Shown piece by piece: positions 53,019 through 64,000 of a stretch of DNA of 64,000 nt. The stretch comes from Mizuhopecten yessoensis (Eukaryota): the NCBI RefSeq assembly GCF_002113885.1, contig NW_018403450.1, positions 471,471 through 535,470 of the forward strand, in the 5' to 3' direction. The notes below the pieces were generated by a model, which was given only the letters and a program-made list of their open reading frames with translations, was not told where the DNA came from and did not search any database. Numbering within the stretch: the stretch's first letter is position 1; every line of letters begins with the position of its first letter. The position numbers were made by a program, and so were the translations under genes.

Positions 53019-53930
53019 GGAGTAAGGTGGGTGGTGCAGTGGATATCCCACTCCCCTTTCACCAATGCAAGAAGGCAAGGGTTTAATTCCGCAATCACCA
53101 ATGCAGGAAGGCAAGGGTTAATTCCGCAATCACCAATGCAAGAAGGCAAGGGGTTAATTCCGCAATCACCAATGCAAGAAGGGAAGGGTTAATTCCGCAA
53201 TCACCAATGCAAGAAGGCAACGGTTTAATTATGCAATCACCAATGCAAGAAGGCAAGGGTTTATTCCGCAATCACCAATGCAAGAAGGCAAGGTTTTAAT
53301 TCCGCAATCACCAATGCAAGAAGGCAACGGTTTAATTCGGCAATCACCAATGCAAGAAGGCAAGGGTTTAATTCCACTTTCACCAATGCAAGAAGGCAAG
53401 GGTTTAATTCCGCAATCACCAATGCAAGAAGGCAAGGGTAGTAATTCCTCAATATCCAATGCAAGAAGGCAAGGGTTTAATTCCGCAATCACCAATGCAA
53501 GAAGGCAAGGGTTTAATTCCACTTTCACCAATGCAAGAAGGCAACGGTTTAATTCCACTTTCACCAATGCAAGAAGGCAAGGGTTTAATTCCGCAATCAC
53601 CAATGCAAGAAGGCAAGGCTTTAATTCCACAATCACCAATGCAAGAAGGCAAGGGTTTAATTCCACTTTCACCAATGCAAGAAGGCAAGGGTTTAATTCT
53701 GCAATCACCAATGCAAGAAGGCATGGGTTAAATTCCGCAATCACCAATGCAAGAAGGCAAGGGTTTAATTCCACTTTCACCAATGCAAGAAGGCAACGGT
53801 TTAATTCCGCAATCACCAATGCAAGAAGGCAAGGGTTTAATTCTGCAATCACCAATGCAAGAAGGGAAGGGTTTAATTCTGCAATCAGATGCGAAAAAGC
53901 ATGGGGTCACATACCTGTTTGACTTCATGG
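53019..53930 (+). mobile_element. Truncated tRNA-derived SINE whose B-box segment is tandemly amplified
   Basis: An A-box-like TGGTGCAGTGG (53032) precedes the array, each unit has a B-box-like GGTTTAATTCC, and SINE-like body sequence resumes after the array. Confidence 0.6.
53059..53887 (+). repeat. 36-bp minisatellite, about 23 units, inside a SINE head
   Basis: Unit TCACCAATGCAAGAAGGCAAGGGTTTAATTCCGCAA. Confidence 0.97.
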
Positions 53931-56289
53931 AAAATGGTCTAGAAAAACATCAATAGGTATTATTTATACTGTAAAGGTATAGCATCATAATTGGACACAC
54001 ACTACATCTCAGAGCCAGCAATATGTTGGTTTACTGTGTAACACACATGCTGCTCTAATCCATAGGCACATTTGTTTATAAATAGAAAGTTCATGAATGT
54101 AAATGTTACATAATTCTATTATTGTTGTGGGGATATGAATAGCAGTTAACATACTCATACACAGCTATTTGTGTGTATAGTTAAGAGTTTACATGTAGAC
54201 ATGCACATTCTCACATAATGGGGATAGTTTTACCTACCGTTATATATAATGCACAATTGCCTTATTATCTACAAGTACAATGGCACTATGATGAATAGAT
54301 AGAATTATAAATCTTTCATTTCGATGGTGTGTTTCATGTGAAATTATATCATCTACACTGGTGTATAGTGACATAAATACCAATTTCTCACATTAACAAT
54401 GTAACACTAGTGTATGTTGGTTGTGTGTCTGCATTATATTAGTAATATGTGTTAAGTGAATAAGATAAGTAATAGCCAAACTATACTATATATGATAATC
54501 ATTGCCAAAATTACTATACAATATAATTTGAATTAAAATAATAAATACATTTTAAACGTTTTATAATTCCTCAAGATGTTGTCCATTATTTCATAATCAG
54601 CTGTTTATCGATGGTATTTATAACCTGATGATATTCCTCTTGTATACCCCTCCCCCACCCCCCTGATAGGTTTTCCTGATTAACCCATATTCCTGGTGAT
54701 ATATTCCTCATGCAGATAGTCTGTGCTGATCTTCATAATTGTCCCCTTGTTATTCCTTACTTTGTTCATCCATTATAAACCCTATGTTATTCCATATAAT
54801 ATTCCCACAGCGATATCATTACATATGATTTTTCCTACATTCGATCCTTTCCTTCTCCGTGGTATATTCCTGATAACATACATGCATGTCCCAAACGATT
54901 CCCCCTGTTATTTTTCTAGCTTATTCCTGACGTCATTCCTCAAATGTGGTATTTCGTTTGTCCATATTCCACAGGAAGTTCACCAGGGTATTACTTATAT
55001 GCTTCCATATTTCAGATTGAAAAGCTAGTCATTAGCAGGTGCTACCAGCTTATCACAATTAAATTGCAATGTTTCATTTATAGAAATGAAAGTTAAAAGA
55101 GAAGCACTTATGTAGGATGTGTGTTTTAAACAGTATTGATAAAATGACAATGAATTGATGAGGTGTTTTTTTTGTGCCAAAGGTGTCAATTACTATACTG
55201 CTGTTCTCACTGTTAATTAGGACGTGGGAGCGTGCTGATCGTTATCAACCTGTCCAATTATATTTAATAGACCATCAATAATCCTTTATCAAAACAATTA
55301 AAGTGATGTGACATTGAAATCCTAATAGAACAAAATAGCACTATTTATCTTTTACCTTGTCACCTAAAGCATTTCATAAATACAAACTTGTTTATTGCGT
55401 CCAGCTTTAAACGGCGAATAACTAGACTCAGTTCTGGCTTAAGCTTCTTAAAACTATTTTGTCAGGTCACCTTTTAAACTAAGAACTGTAAATTAAGGAG
55501 ATCAATTTGACTGCTGTTCTAGGGGTTTTAGAGGAGGCGGGCCTCACTGTTAGATAGTAATACTTCCTGTAGCTATTGCACAAACATTTGGAAAGGTACA
55601 ATACATCATTATTTGATGTTATAGAAATAAAACATGTTCAGAGATCATATCCAGTTAACATGTTCAGAGATCATTTCCAGTTTTACCATTCCCTTGTAAT
55701 TGAAAATATCATCATTAGTTACTTGTTTTAGCTGTAGTTTTCTGGCTTCATCTGTAGTCCAGTGACATCACAGGGAAACCATCAATAATTTTGTTAGATT
55801 CTGTGTGTGTGTTAGTTCTATCACTCACTCCTACCAGTATGCCAAGCACCGAATTGGTTGATAGCATGGCATATGCATGGTCACGTTGAAAGCCATCCCT
55901 CATTCAGAAAAATAAAAAAGAATGATTGGAATCTGCTGAATAATTTGTTCTGTAAGAGAATGAGGTAGCATGCACTTTATTACAACATGCACAAAACCCA
56001 TGCTTTGTTTCTCTGAGCAATGGAGATGGTGTTCCCAGTCCTATCCTAAATAGGTGGAATGGAAATATAGAGACTCAGTTTCAGTGATAACTTCTATTTA
56101 GCAGCCAAATCAACTTAAATCATCTCGATGGAAGTGTTAGAAACAGCGTTTATTCACGTATTATACTGGTTCTCTGTGCTGCAGAAACACTCACCTAAGT
56201 CTGTGGAGAGAGCTAATAAGCATTTCACAGTTATATAAGAAAATATTTCTTGGGGAAACAGTTCAGGATGTCTTAACAAGGACTGTTAA

Positions 56290-56371
56290 CTCATTCACCC
56301 CTAAATATTTCAACTGGGTTTGCCCAGTCTATGATTTGGTAAGATTCAAATGTGACTTTAGGATGAAAGGG
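56290..56371. mobile_element. 82-bp TTAA-flanked micro-MITE
   Basis: TTAA|CTCATTCACCCCT...GGATGAAAGGG|TTAA. Confidence 0.75.
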
Positions 56372-58439
56372 TTAACACTCACTTCTGATACCTAATCTAT
56401 CTACATGGTATGCCAATAAAGTATTTGGCAGCAAATTCGTTTCTAAATAGCTATTAAAATTATATATTTAACCAGTTTTAGGAATGATCTGCAATATTCT
56501 TTTTGGTTTAGAAAAATATAAAATTTCAGTTTAAAACCAAACAGGAAAGGGGTTCAGTAAATTCAGTAGCTGCAGAAAATGCAAAAATGCCATTTTTAGA
56601 TGTTAGTGGAGATTTATTGTAGTATCCAGAGCAAGACTGACAAGAATGCTCCTGAAACTGAACATGTTTATTGCAGAGCTATATACCAGGCTATAAATCT
56701 GATCTAGATAATCTTGTTTCAAACTCAAATTACTGTCTGTGTCAGAATCTTTTAAACTTGTCGTCCATTACTGCATTTGTGAATGAATTGTACGGGTTGG
56801 GTAGTAGAATTTACCAGACAGGATGTCTGCTTTGATGATCTAATGGCTGACATTGGTACTCTGTGGTCTTACTAGCCAGAACACAGCGACGTCATTTTAA
56901 TGGTAAACACAACTTACTACATTGAACTGGCAAGTGTTCAGGGAATTGTATGAAAATGAAATGGAGGTTTTAAAGGGAACGGCAGTCTTGCATTTGGTAT
57001 TGATCTTGGTAAAATTTTCATCATCATGCCAAATCCTTTAGCAGATCTATAACTCTTTGCTGACTCTAGGTCAATTTAAATATTCCACTTTCTCCCTTAA
57101 ATACCATACATAATCCTCCTATGTTATTGGACAGAATGCCACAGAGGCATAGCATGTCATAATGAATTTTATAATCTGGAAAATTTTCATTGTATTATCG
57201 ATTCCAAATATATTGCTTCCCAATTCACAAAATGTATTGTATCATTTGATCTTCTACCTGTCATCTTCGAAATCCAAAGGTTGCTTGTCTCTAACATGCA
57301 TTTAAAAAGTCCCGGTGTGCAGCACCTTACAAATGACACGAGTTGACTTAATAGAATCCTGTATGCCTATGACTAATGCTTTGATTGAAGATAAAAGTTA
57401 ATAGCATGTCTGCGTGTGTAACAGTGAAATACACAGACGTTGATCAAGATTTCTGAGTAGCTGTTTAATAAACTTCAAACAAACATGTATCAACTGTCTA
57501 TCAGCCCTGCAATTGGTCAGTATTTGATGTCTGGAACCTGTCAAATAGCTAACTTGGAGCCACCATTTTTTTCCTGAGAATATATTGCAATTTGAGAGTA
57601 TGAAATCCTTGGGTTTGAAAGATGTCTATCAGTGAAGTTAATACCAAATATAGGTGATAAATCGGGTTTTAATGGACTTTGTAAAAATACGGCAGTCATT
57701 TGATATATAAACAAGTGTATATAAAATGATTTAGAAAATAAAAGGTTTGTAACATAAAAGTCAAATCTTGTGTATCAAACATCATTAGAACATGTGAAAA
57801 TCATGCAGGCTGGATGGAATATTTGTTTACTTATATTTCTGATTGGACAGCCATTTATTTTGGACAGCTTTTTCCTGTTTTGCTTACCTATATGTATTCT
57901 GCGCACCCCGCACTTTGGGCATTAAATTTCTCAAAAAAATGTGCGCAAAATACACGAGTTTTTACGGTAATTCGAGGTAGAAATATGTTGAAAAATAAAG
58001 TATTGGAAAAGGATGGAGAATGTGATTTGCTAGGTCTTACTTAATGCTTTCTACCAAACTGTGTTATTGCTGCAGACTCTCTTCTCAGTTAAAAACCCCA
58101 ACAAGATCTGATTGGTTGAACAACTCCCAATCACCAAGAGAATAGATAGATTGCATAATATTGAAGCACGTCTGAGCTTCAATCTATACATAAAAGATAG
58201 GAAATGCTCATCTAATCTTCAAAGACCAACCGACTACCATTTCACTAGTGTCTTTTAGATGGAGCTTCAGAAACAGTAAGACTTTGATGTCATAATTCCT
58301 GATAAAGATCAATGACAATTTATTCTGTTTGAATGACAAGTTGTTTTTCTTTGCTTGTAATGTAGAGCTAATAAACAAGACTATGTTTTAGTAACATAAA
58401 ATTCTTGATACATATTTGCTTATTTTCTTTGTATTTACC

Positions 58440-58938
58440 TTGGCAGTGGTATCTTTTTGGGGTTTTCCATGGGCAGTGGTATCTTTTTGGGGTTTTACAG
58501 GGCAAGTGGTGTCTTTTTGGGGTTTTACAGGGCAAGTGGTGTCTTTTTATGGTTTTACAGGGCAAGTGGTGTCTTTTTAGGGTTTTACAGGGCAAGTGGT
58601 GTCTTTTTGGGGTTTTGCAGGGCAAGTGGTGTCTTTTTGGGGTTTTGCAGGGCAAGTGGTGTTTTTTTGGGGTTTTACAGGGCAAGTGGTATGTTTTTGG
58701 GGTTTTACATGGGCAGTGGTATCTTTTGGGGGTTTTACAGGGCAAGTGGTGTCTTTTTGGGGTTTTACAGGGCAAGTGGTATGTTTTAGGGGTTTTACAT
58801 GGGCAGTGGTATCTTTTTGGGGTTTTACAGGGCAAGTGGTATGTTTTTGGGGTTTTACATGGGCAGTGATGTCTTTTTGGGGTTTTACAGGGCAAGTGGT
58901 ATCTTTTTGGGGTTTTACAGGGCAAATGGTATCTTTTT
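58440..58938 (+). repeat. 29-30-bp GT-rich minisatellite, about 17 units
   Basis: Unit GGGCAAGTGGTGTCTTTTTGGGGTTTTACA. Confidence 0.96.
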
Positions 58939-59624
58939 GTAGTCAAACAAAACAATCTTTATTTTAAACTATCATAGTTTTGAACTGGTTAATTTTGGAT
59001 TTAAATCATAAATCAAAATTTCACATTCAGCTTTTTCCGTCATTTCTATATATATTCACCCAATCTATCAAATTTTTGTTATAAATTGAAAATTATGGAA
59101 TTTTTGTTTTGTCGTACATGCGCTTCAGTGCTAATTGAAGTTGATCACTTTGACTTTTAGATAGGAAGCAGTGTTGTGTTATAAATGTTTAGTGAGTCCA
59201 TCATGACTGTGTATCCATTAATATCTTTGTCATAGAAGGAGGTCCTCAAACAGTTGGCTGCTGTTCCATACTCCATGTGAGGTAAAAATAATTGAAAGTG
59301 AAGGGCAAGGTCAACGATAAACAAAGAAAAGTTGCCACCACAATTATCCTGTAACAGCTAGCATCCTTCTAGCCTGCAGATATGAAGCAGATAGTATGCT
59401 TTGTAGCTATAACAGCCAAAGTCTGTGGGCTGACCGTCTAGTAGCTGTTTTTATGTCAGTTTAACAAGGCTCTTTTAAATGTCATTTTCTTCACTATAAT
59501 TTTACCTGTGATGTGACAATGGTGCTTAATAGTCCTTGGAAAGGAGGTTATAATGTCATGGGGGTTTCAAGTAATGTCTGATTAACTCCTAAGGAAGGAG
59601 TAATAGATGTAAGGCTAATTATGG

Positions 59625-60925
59625 GCCTTAGGAAGGAGTTTGGTATAATGGAGGTAAGGTAATCAGTTATAGTAGTCCTGAGGAAGGTGGTTAGTATAAT
59701 GGAGGTTAGGTAATGAGTTATAATAGTCCTGAGAAAGGTGGTTAGTACAATGGAGGTTAGGTAATGAGTTATAGTAGTCCTGAGGAAGGTGGTGAGTATA
59801 ATGGAGGTAAGGTAATGAGTTATAATAGTCCTGAGTAAGGTGGTTAGTATAATGGAGGTAAGGTAATGAGTTATAATAGTCCTGAGAAAGGTGGTAAGTA
59901 TAATGGAGGTAAGATAATGAGTTATAATAGTCCTGAGGAAGGTGGTAAGTATAATGGAGGTTAGGTAATGAGTTATAATAGTCCTTAGGAAGGCGGTTAG
60001 TATAATGAAGGTTAGGTAATGAGTTATAATAGTCCTTAGGAAGGCGGTTAGTATAATGAAGGTTAGGTAATGAGTTATAATAGTCCTTAGGAAGGCGGTT
60101 AGTATAATGAAGGTTAGGTAATGAGTTATAATAGTCCTTAGGAAGGTGGTTAGTATAATGAAGGTTAGGTAACGAGTTATAGTAGTCCTGAGGAAGGTGG
60201 TTAGTATAACGGAGGTAAGGTAATGAGTTATAGTAGTCCTGCGGAAGGTGGTTAGTATACTTGAGGTAAGGTAATGAGTTATAGTAGTCCTGCGGAAGGT
60301 GGTTAGTATACTTGAGGTAAGGTAATGAGTTATAGTAGTCCTGCGGAAGGTGGTTAGTATACTTGAGGTAAGGCAATGAGTTATAGTAGTCCTGAGGAAG
60401 GTGGTAAGTATAATGGAGGTTATGTAATGAGTTATAGTAGTCCTGAGGAAGGTGGTAGGTATAATGGAGGTTAGGTAATGAGTTATAATAGTCCTTAGGA
60501 AGGCGGTTAGTATAATGAAGGTTAGGTAATGAGTTATAATAGTCCTTAGGAAGGCGGTTAGTATAATGAAGGTTAGGTAATGAGTTATAGTAGTCCTGAG
60601 GAAGATGGTAAGTATAATGGAGGTAAGGTAATGAGTTATAGTAGTCCTGAGGAAGATGGTTAGTATAATGGAGGTTAGGTAATGAGTTATAATAGTCCTT
60701 AGGAAGGTGGTTAGTATAATTGAGGTAAGGTAATGAGTTATAATAGTCCTGAAGAAGGTGGTTAGTATAATGAAGGTTAGGTAACGAGTTATAGTAGTCC
60801 TGAGGAAGGTGGTTAGTATAATGGAGGTAAGATAATGAGTTATAATAGTCCTGAGGAAGGTGGTTAGTATACTTGAGGTAAGGTAATGAGTTATAGTAGT
60901 CCTGAGGAAGGTGGTTTGTATAATG
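59625..60925 (+). repeat. 51-bp minisatellite, about 25 units
   Basis: Unit TAATGAGTTATAGTAGTCCTGAGGAAGGTGGTTAGTATAATGGAGGTTAGG. Confidence 0.97.
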
Positions 60926-61275
60926 GCTGATTCTAGTCCTCAGGAAGAAAGTTATCTTGTAGTTCTCTTCAGAAAGGGTATAGTCAAGGCTAATTCCAGT
61001 CCTGGAGTGGGAGGTTAACGTAATGACTGATTCTTAGTAATCCCTGGAGGGAGGTTATTGTAACATCTGATTCTAGTCCTTAGGAGGGAGGTTAATGTAA
61101 TGACTGATTCTAGCCCTTAGGAGGGAGGTTATTGTAACGACTGATTCTAGTCCTCAGGAGGGAGGTTAATGTAACGACTGACTCTAGTCCTCAGAAGGGA
61201 GGTTAATGTAATGACTAATTCTAGTTCTCAGGAGGGAGGTTAATGTAATGACTGACTCTAGTCCTCAGGAGGGAA
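60925..61275 (+). repeat. About 37-bp minisatellite related to the 51-bp array
   Basis: Unit GTAATGACTGATTCTAGTCCTCAGGAGGGAGGTTAAT shares the core TAGTCCTnAGGA(A/G)GG with the 51-mer. Confidence 0.9.
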
Positions 61276-61284
61276 GTAAATAGA

Positions 61285-61580
61285 AAGACTACCTGGACGA
61301 CGATAGACCCACTCAAGTTCCGCTACATTTCTCCTTCCTTTTTGTAAGTCTTAAAGCCACAAGCCCCACCAGACACACTATTTACAACCCAGGTTCAGGT
61401 GTCCCCTTGCCAAGCATTCACCTAGTACTAGAGACAAGGGTTGGTCACGGCACCAAATGTAGTAGGAGCCGAAAAGAAATGCACAGCCAGACCGGGGTTT
61501 GATCCCAGGACCATCTTAATTCTAGATGGACGCTGTACCAATTGAGCTTCTGACAATCAACCTAGTCCAGTTCTGGCACA
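61285..61580 (-). mobile_element. TRIM-like miniature LTR element: 123-bp LTR with an internal tRNA-like sequence, tRNA-His-type PBS, PPT and a truncated second LTR
   Basis: Minus strand order: TGT...ACA LTR (61580-61458), TT, TGGTGCCGTGAC (61455-61444), about 100 bp internal, AAAAAGGAAGGAGAAA (61343-61328), then TGTAGCGGAACT... (from 61327) similar to the LTR start. Confidence 0.7.
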
Positions 61581-62869
61581 ATAGTCCTAAGGAAGGAGAT
61601 GAACCTCTTTTTGTAGGTTATTGTAATGGAAAATATTGAATTCAAAACAGAACTTGTATGACCTCCAGATCAGTGCAAAGTTAACTATCAATTTTTATGT
61701 ATCGTAGCTTTGGAGTCCTGATGAGTCCGTATTCATGAAACCATTCTCAAACTCAAAATCAGTGTGCTCATGAAGCAAATTATTTTGTTCTTGGGAATGA
61801 ATAAAATGTACATCTTGATAATGTTTGGGGGGACCATGGAGACCCTTGAAGCCAAATATCATTTTCAACATTTACTCTGCAAGTTCTGACTATATGTCAC
61901 ATGATTTAAATGAGTTAAAAGAAAGTTGGTTTGGCCAGAGAATCCAATCTTGATCATAAAAATGGTTTCACATGAACATATGTGTCCATCTGGTGACAGC
62001 AACTGTTGTGATAATCAGGAATTGTGTGTCTATGTCTGTACAACCATATACAAAGTGGTATAGGTCATTGTCTTTTGTATTTTTTTTTGCATAAAATTAA
62101 TTAATGAAAAAGTTTAGAATTTTCTTAAGTAAATACAATGATATATATACATTAATTGCCGATTTCTGCTGTTAACTTCGAGGACGATTTTACACATACT
62201 CATTAACTCCTGATTAGCTGGCCCATCTTAAGCTGTAGTCGGTGTACCTTTATAAACCCGTACATACTGCTATTCAAGTAAGGTTATACATATAGGTGGT
62301 TTCTGATGAGATCTCGCTGGTATTGATCCAGCCCAACATTACAGGTTTAGGTTAGTCAGCGTTGATTGGTGACTGTAAGGGCAGGTCCTGTGATGTCTTG
62401 TAGTGCAGATTTATCAAGCAAAACGCTTGACTAAATTAAAAAAGCCATGAATCATACATGTGAAAATCAGGTAGACGTCCCAGTGACATTGTATATATAT
62501 CTGTTGTTTCTCGGTGGAGATGGGTGGGGGGGTAGTGTTCAAGTGTCCGTAGTCACCCTGTGACACGTTATTCTTTCATTATGCCACCCCCTGATTCTAA
62601 ACCTATTCTATTGTCAACTTGTCACATACCACATGACACCAATACATTAACATTGAACTATTAATATAAGTGGTTTACCAAATTGAGAAAAATAACCATG
62701 TCCTTGAACTTGATATTTCATACTGAGAACCCTTACTGTTCCCCACTCTTTCCAATACCCTCTACAGGCATTATCTCATGGCAAGATAAGGAAGGGGATG
62801 GATGTTCCAACATGTTTTTTTGGTCTGGTAAGTTTTGGCCTGCCTGACCTCTGTTTGCATTTGTTTCAG

Positions 62870-62978
62870 GGTAAATGTGGGATGTGGGCCAGCGGAGGAG
62901 AGAGTGCTACTCACCGGCCTTCATGCTGTCGCCGACATATTTTGCGAATGCTGCAAAACCACCTTAGGGTGGAAATAT
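62870..62978 (+). CDS. YPEL1/2: Yippee-like protein, coding exon 3: (V)[36 protein letters not shown]; final exon outside the window
   Basis: 109-nt exon with branch-like cctgac, acceptor ttgtttcag and donor gtaagt. It contains the second CxxC and GWKY. The expected EHAFESSQKYKEGK-like exon was not seen in 62979-64000. Confidence 0.97.
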
Positions 62979-64000
62979 GTAAGTTGTGTTACTTCATAAA
63001 AAGTTCAAACCAGTTCACAAAAGCTACCAATGAAGTTACATCACAGTCCCTGGTTGATTAGAGTTTATTAAAACTTCCAAGGCATCGTTTAAATCTTTAT
63101 CATTTCATTGTACTGAAGTTTTAGCAGAATCCTTCATAAGTATGTAATTCTTCAAACAGTACAATAGATGAGATTTGGTCTGACTCAAGTATACTTCTTC
63201 AGGCTTTATACTAAGTTAATAGGATAAGAACAACTTTTATAGAAAACTTTGATGGTAAGTCAATTACTTCAAAAAGAATGATTAAAATTGAGTATGGTTA
63301 TAAGGGGGGGAGAGTGATGTACTGCTAGTACTTGACCTGACTTAGTTTCATGCTCACAGTGTTTGTAAACAACACAATCAGCTGATCCTGGGAGTGTATA
63401 TATATGTGGGTTACTAGGTCATTTATTATAGCTAGCAGCTGTGCTATATTTATATGTGACAGCAACGTGGTAATAAGTCATGGTAATAAATCGGTATAAA
63501 CAACTTCAATTCTGGCTCTGAGGGTTTAATCAGTCCAGCCAACAAAGTTTTACAAAAAAATAAATTGGGAAACTCAATTTATAAAATTATTTGTCAATCA
63601 GATTTTTATTTCTGAACATTTTTGAGTGAGACCTAATATCTTTAAAACAAATGTTTCTTATTGGTAAGTAACCTTTACATTAGAATTTTAATTTCCTATA
63701 TATTTTTATTCTAATTTCTTATATATTTTTACATTATCATGTGAACGATATCCTGTAATAGAACAAAATAATGTTGGGATATCTTACTTCTGAATTCCCC
63801 CCTGATCTTGGCCTAGCCAATGCCATCGGATTTATTTGTCATTTAATTTGTTGAAATTGAATTTTAAATCCTCAGGATGATTGAGTCAGAATATAAGTAA
63901 GGATTAGGAGTTCTCAATTATTCTTTTTCTTGTATCCTCAATCAAGAACTTATTATGAAGTAAATATATGATTAATATAAGTTATTTTTTTAACTTTGCA

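Noticed and set aside
53229-53956. Repetitive ORFs on both strands
   Set aside because: They are translations of the 36-bp array, with frame switches at 35- and 37-bp units.
57890-57969. Possible Tc1/pogo-type TIR end (...TTTTTACGG-TA)
   Set aside because: No matching left end was found, so support is insufficient.
58368-58967. Cys/His/Lys-rich repeat ORF (CKTPKRHHLP)
   Set aside because: It is a translation of the 30-bp minisatellite, open in several frames.
59663-60376. 237-aa Tyr/His/Pro-rich 17-aa-repeat ORF resembling a structural or adhesive protein
   Set aside because: It lies wholly within the 51-bp minisatellite, antisense in an intron, with no unique domain, signal peptide or splice support.
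61470-61550. Functional tRNA gene
   Set aside because: The boxes and stems are degenerate and it sits inside an LTR-like unit, so it is treated as part of the element.

Overview
AT-rich eukaryotic (invertebrate) genomic DNA; the repeat families suggest a bivalve mollusc, possibly a scallop (inference). Most of the window is one + strand gene, a yippee-like gene of the YPEL1-4 group, which the ORF track misses. Its three coding exons (34794-34898, 45470-45513, 62870-62978) splice in frame to [86 protein letters not shown]; the last coding exon was not found and probably lies beyond 64000. A candidate promoter and non-coding first exon sit at about 5.47-5.67 kb. The large introns hold a 5.66-kb decayed CACTA/EnSpm-type transposon with two divergent spliced pseudogenes, several tRNA-derived SINEs, a 445-bp MITE, a family of ~83-bp TTAA micro-MITEs, a TRIM-like LTR element with a tRNA-like sequence inside its LTR, and seven minisatellite arrays. 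The first 4 kb is a rearranged mosaic: a ~660-bp inverted duplication, a LINE fragment and a Polinton-type ATPase fragment. Almost all ORFs in the supplied track are spurious or by-products of repeats. No CRISPR array, rRNA gene or convincing functional tRNA gene was found. All family assignments come from motif recognition, not database searches.
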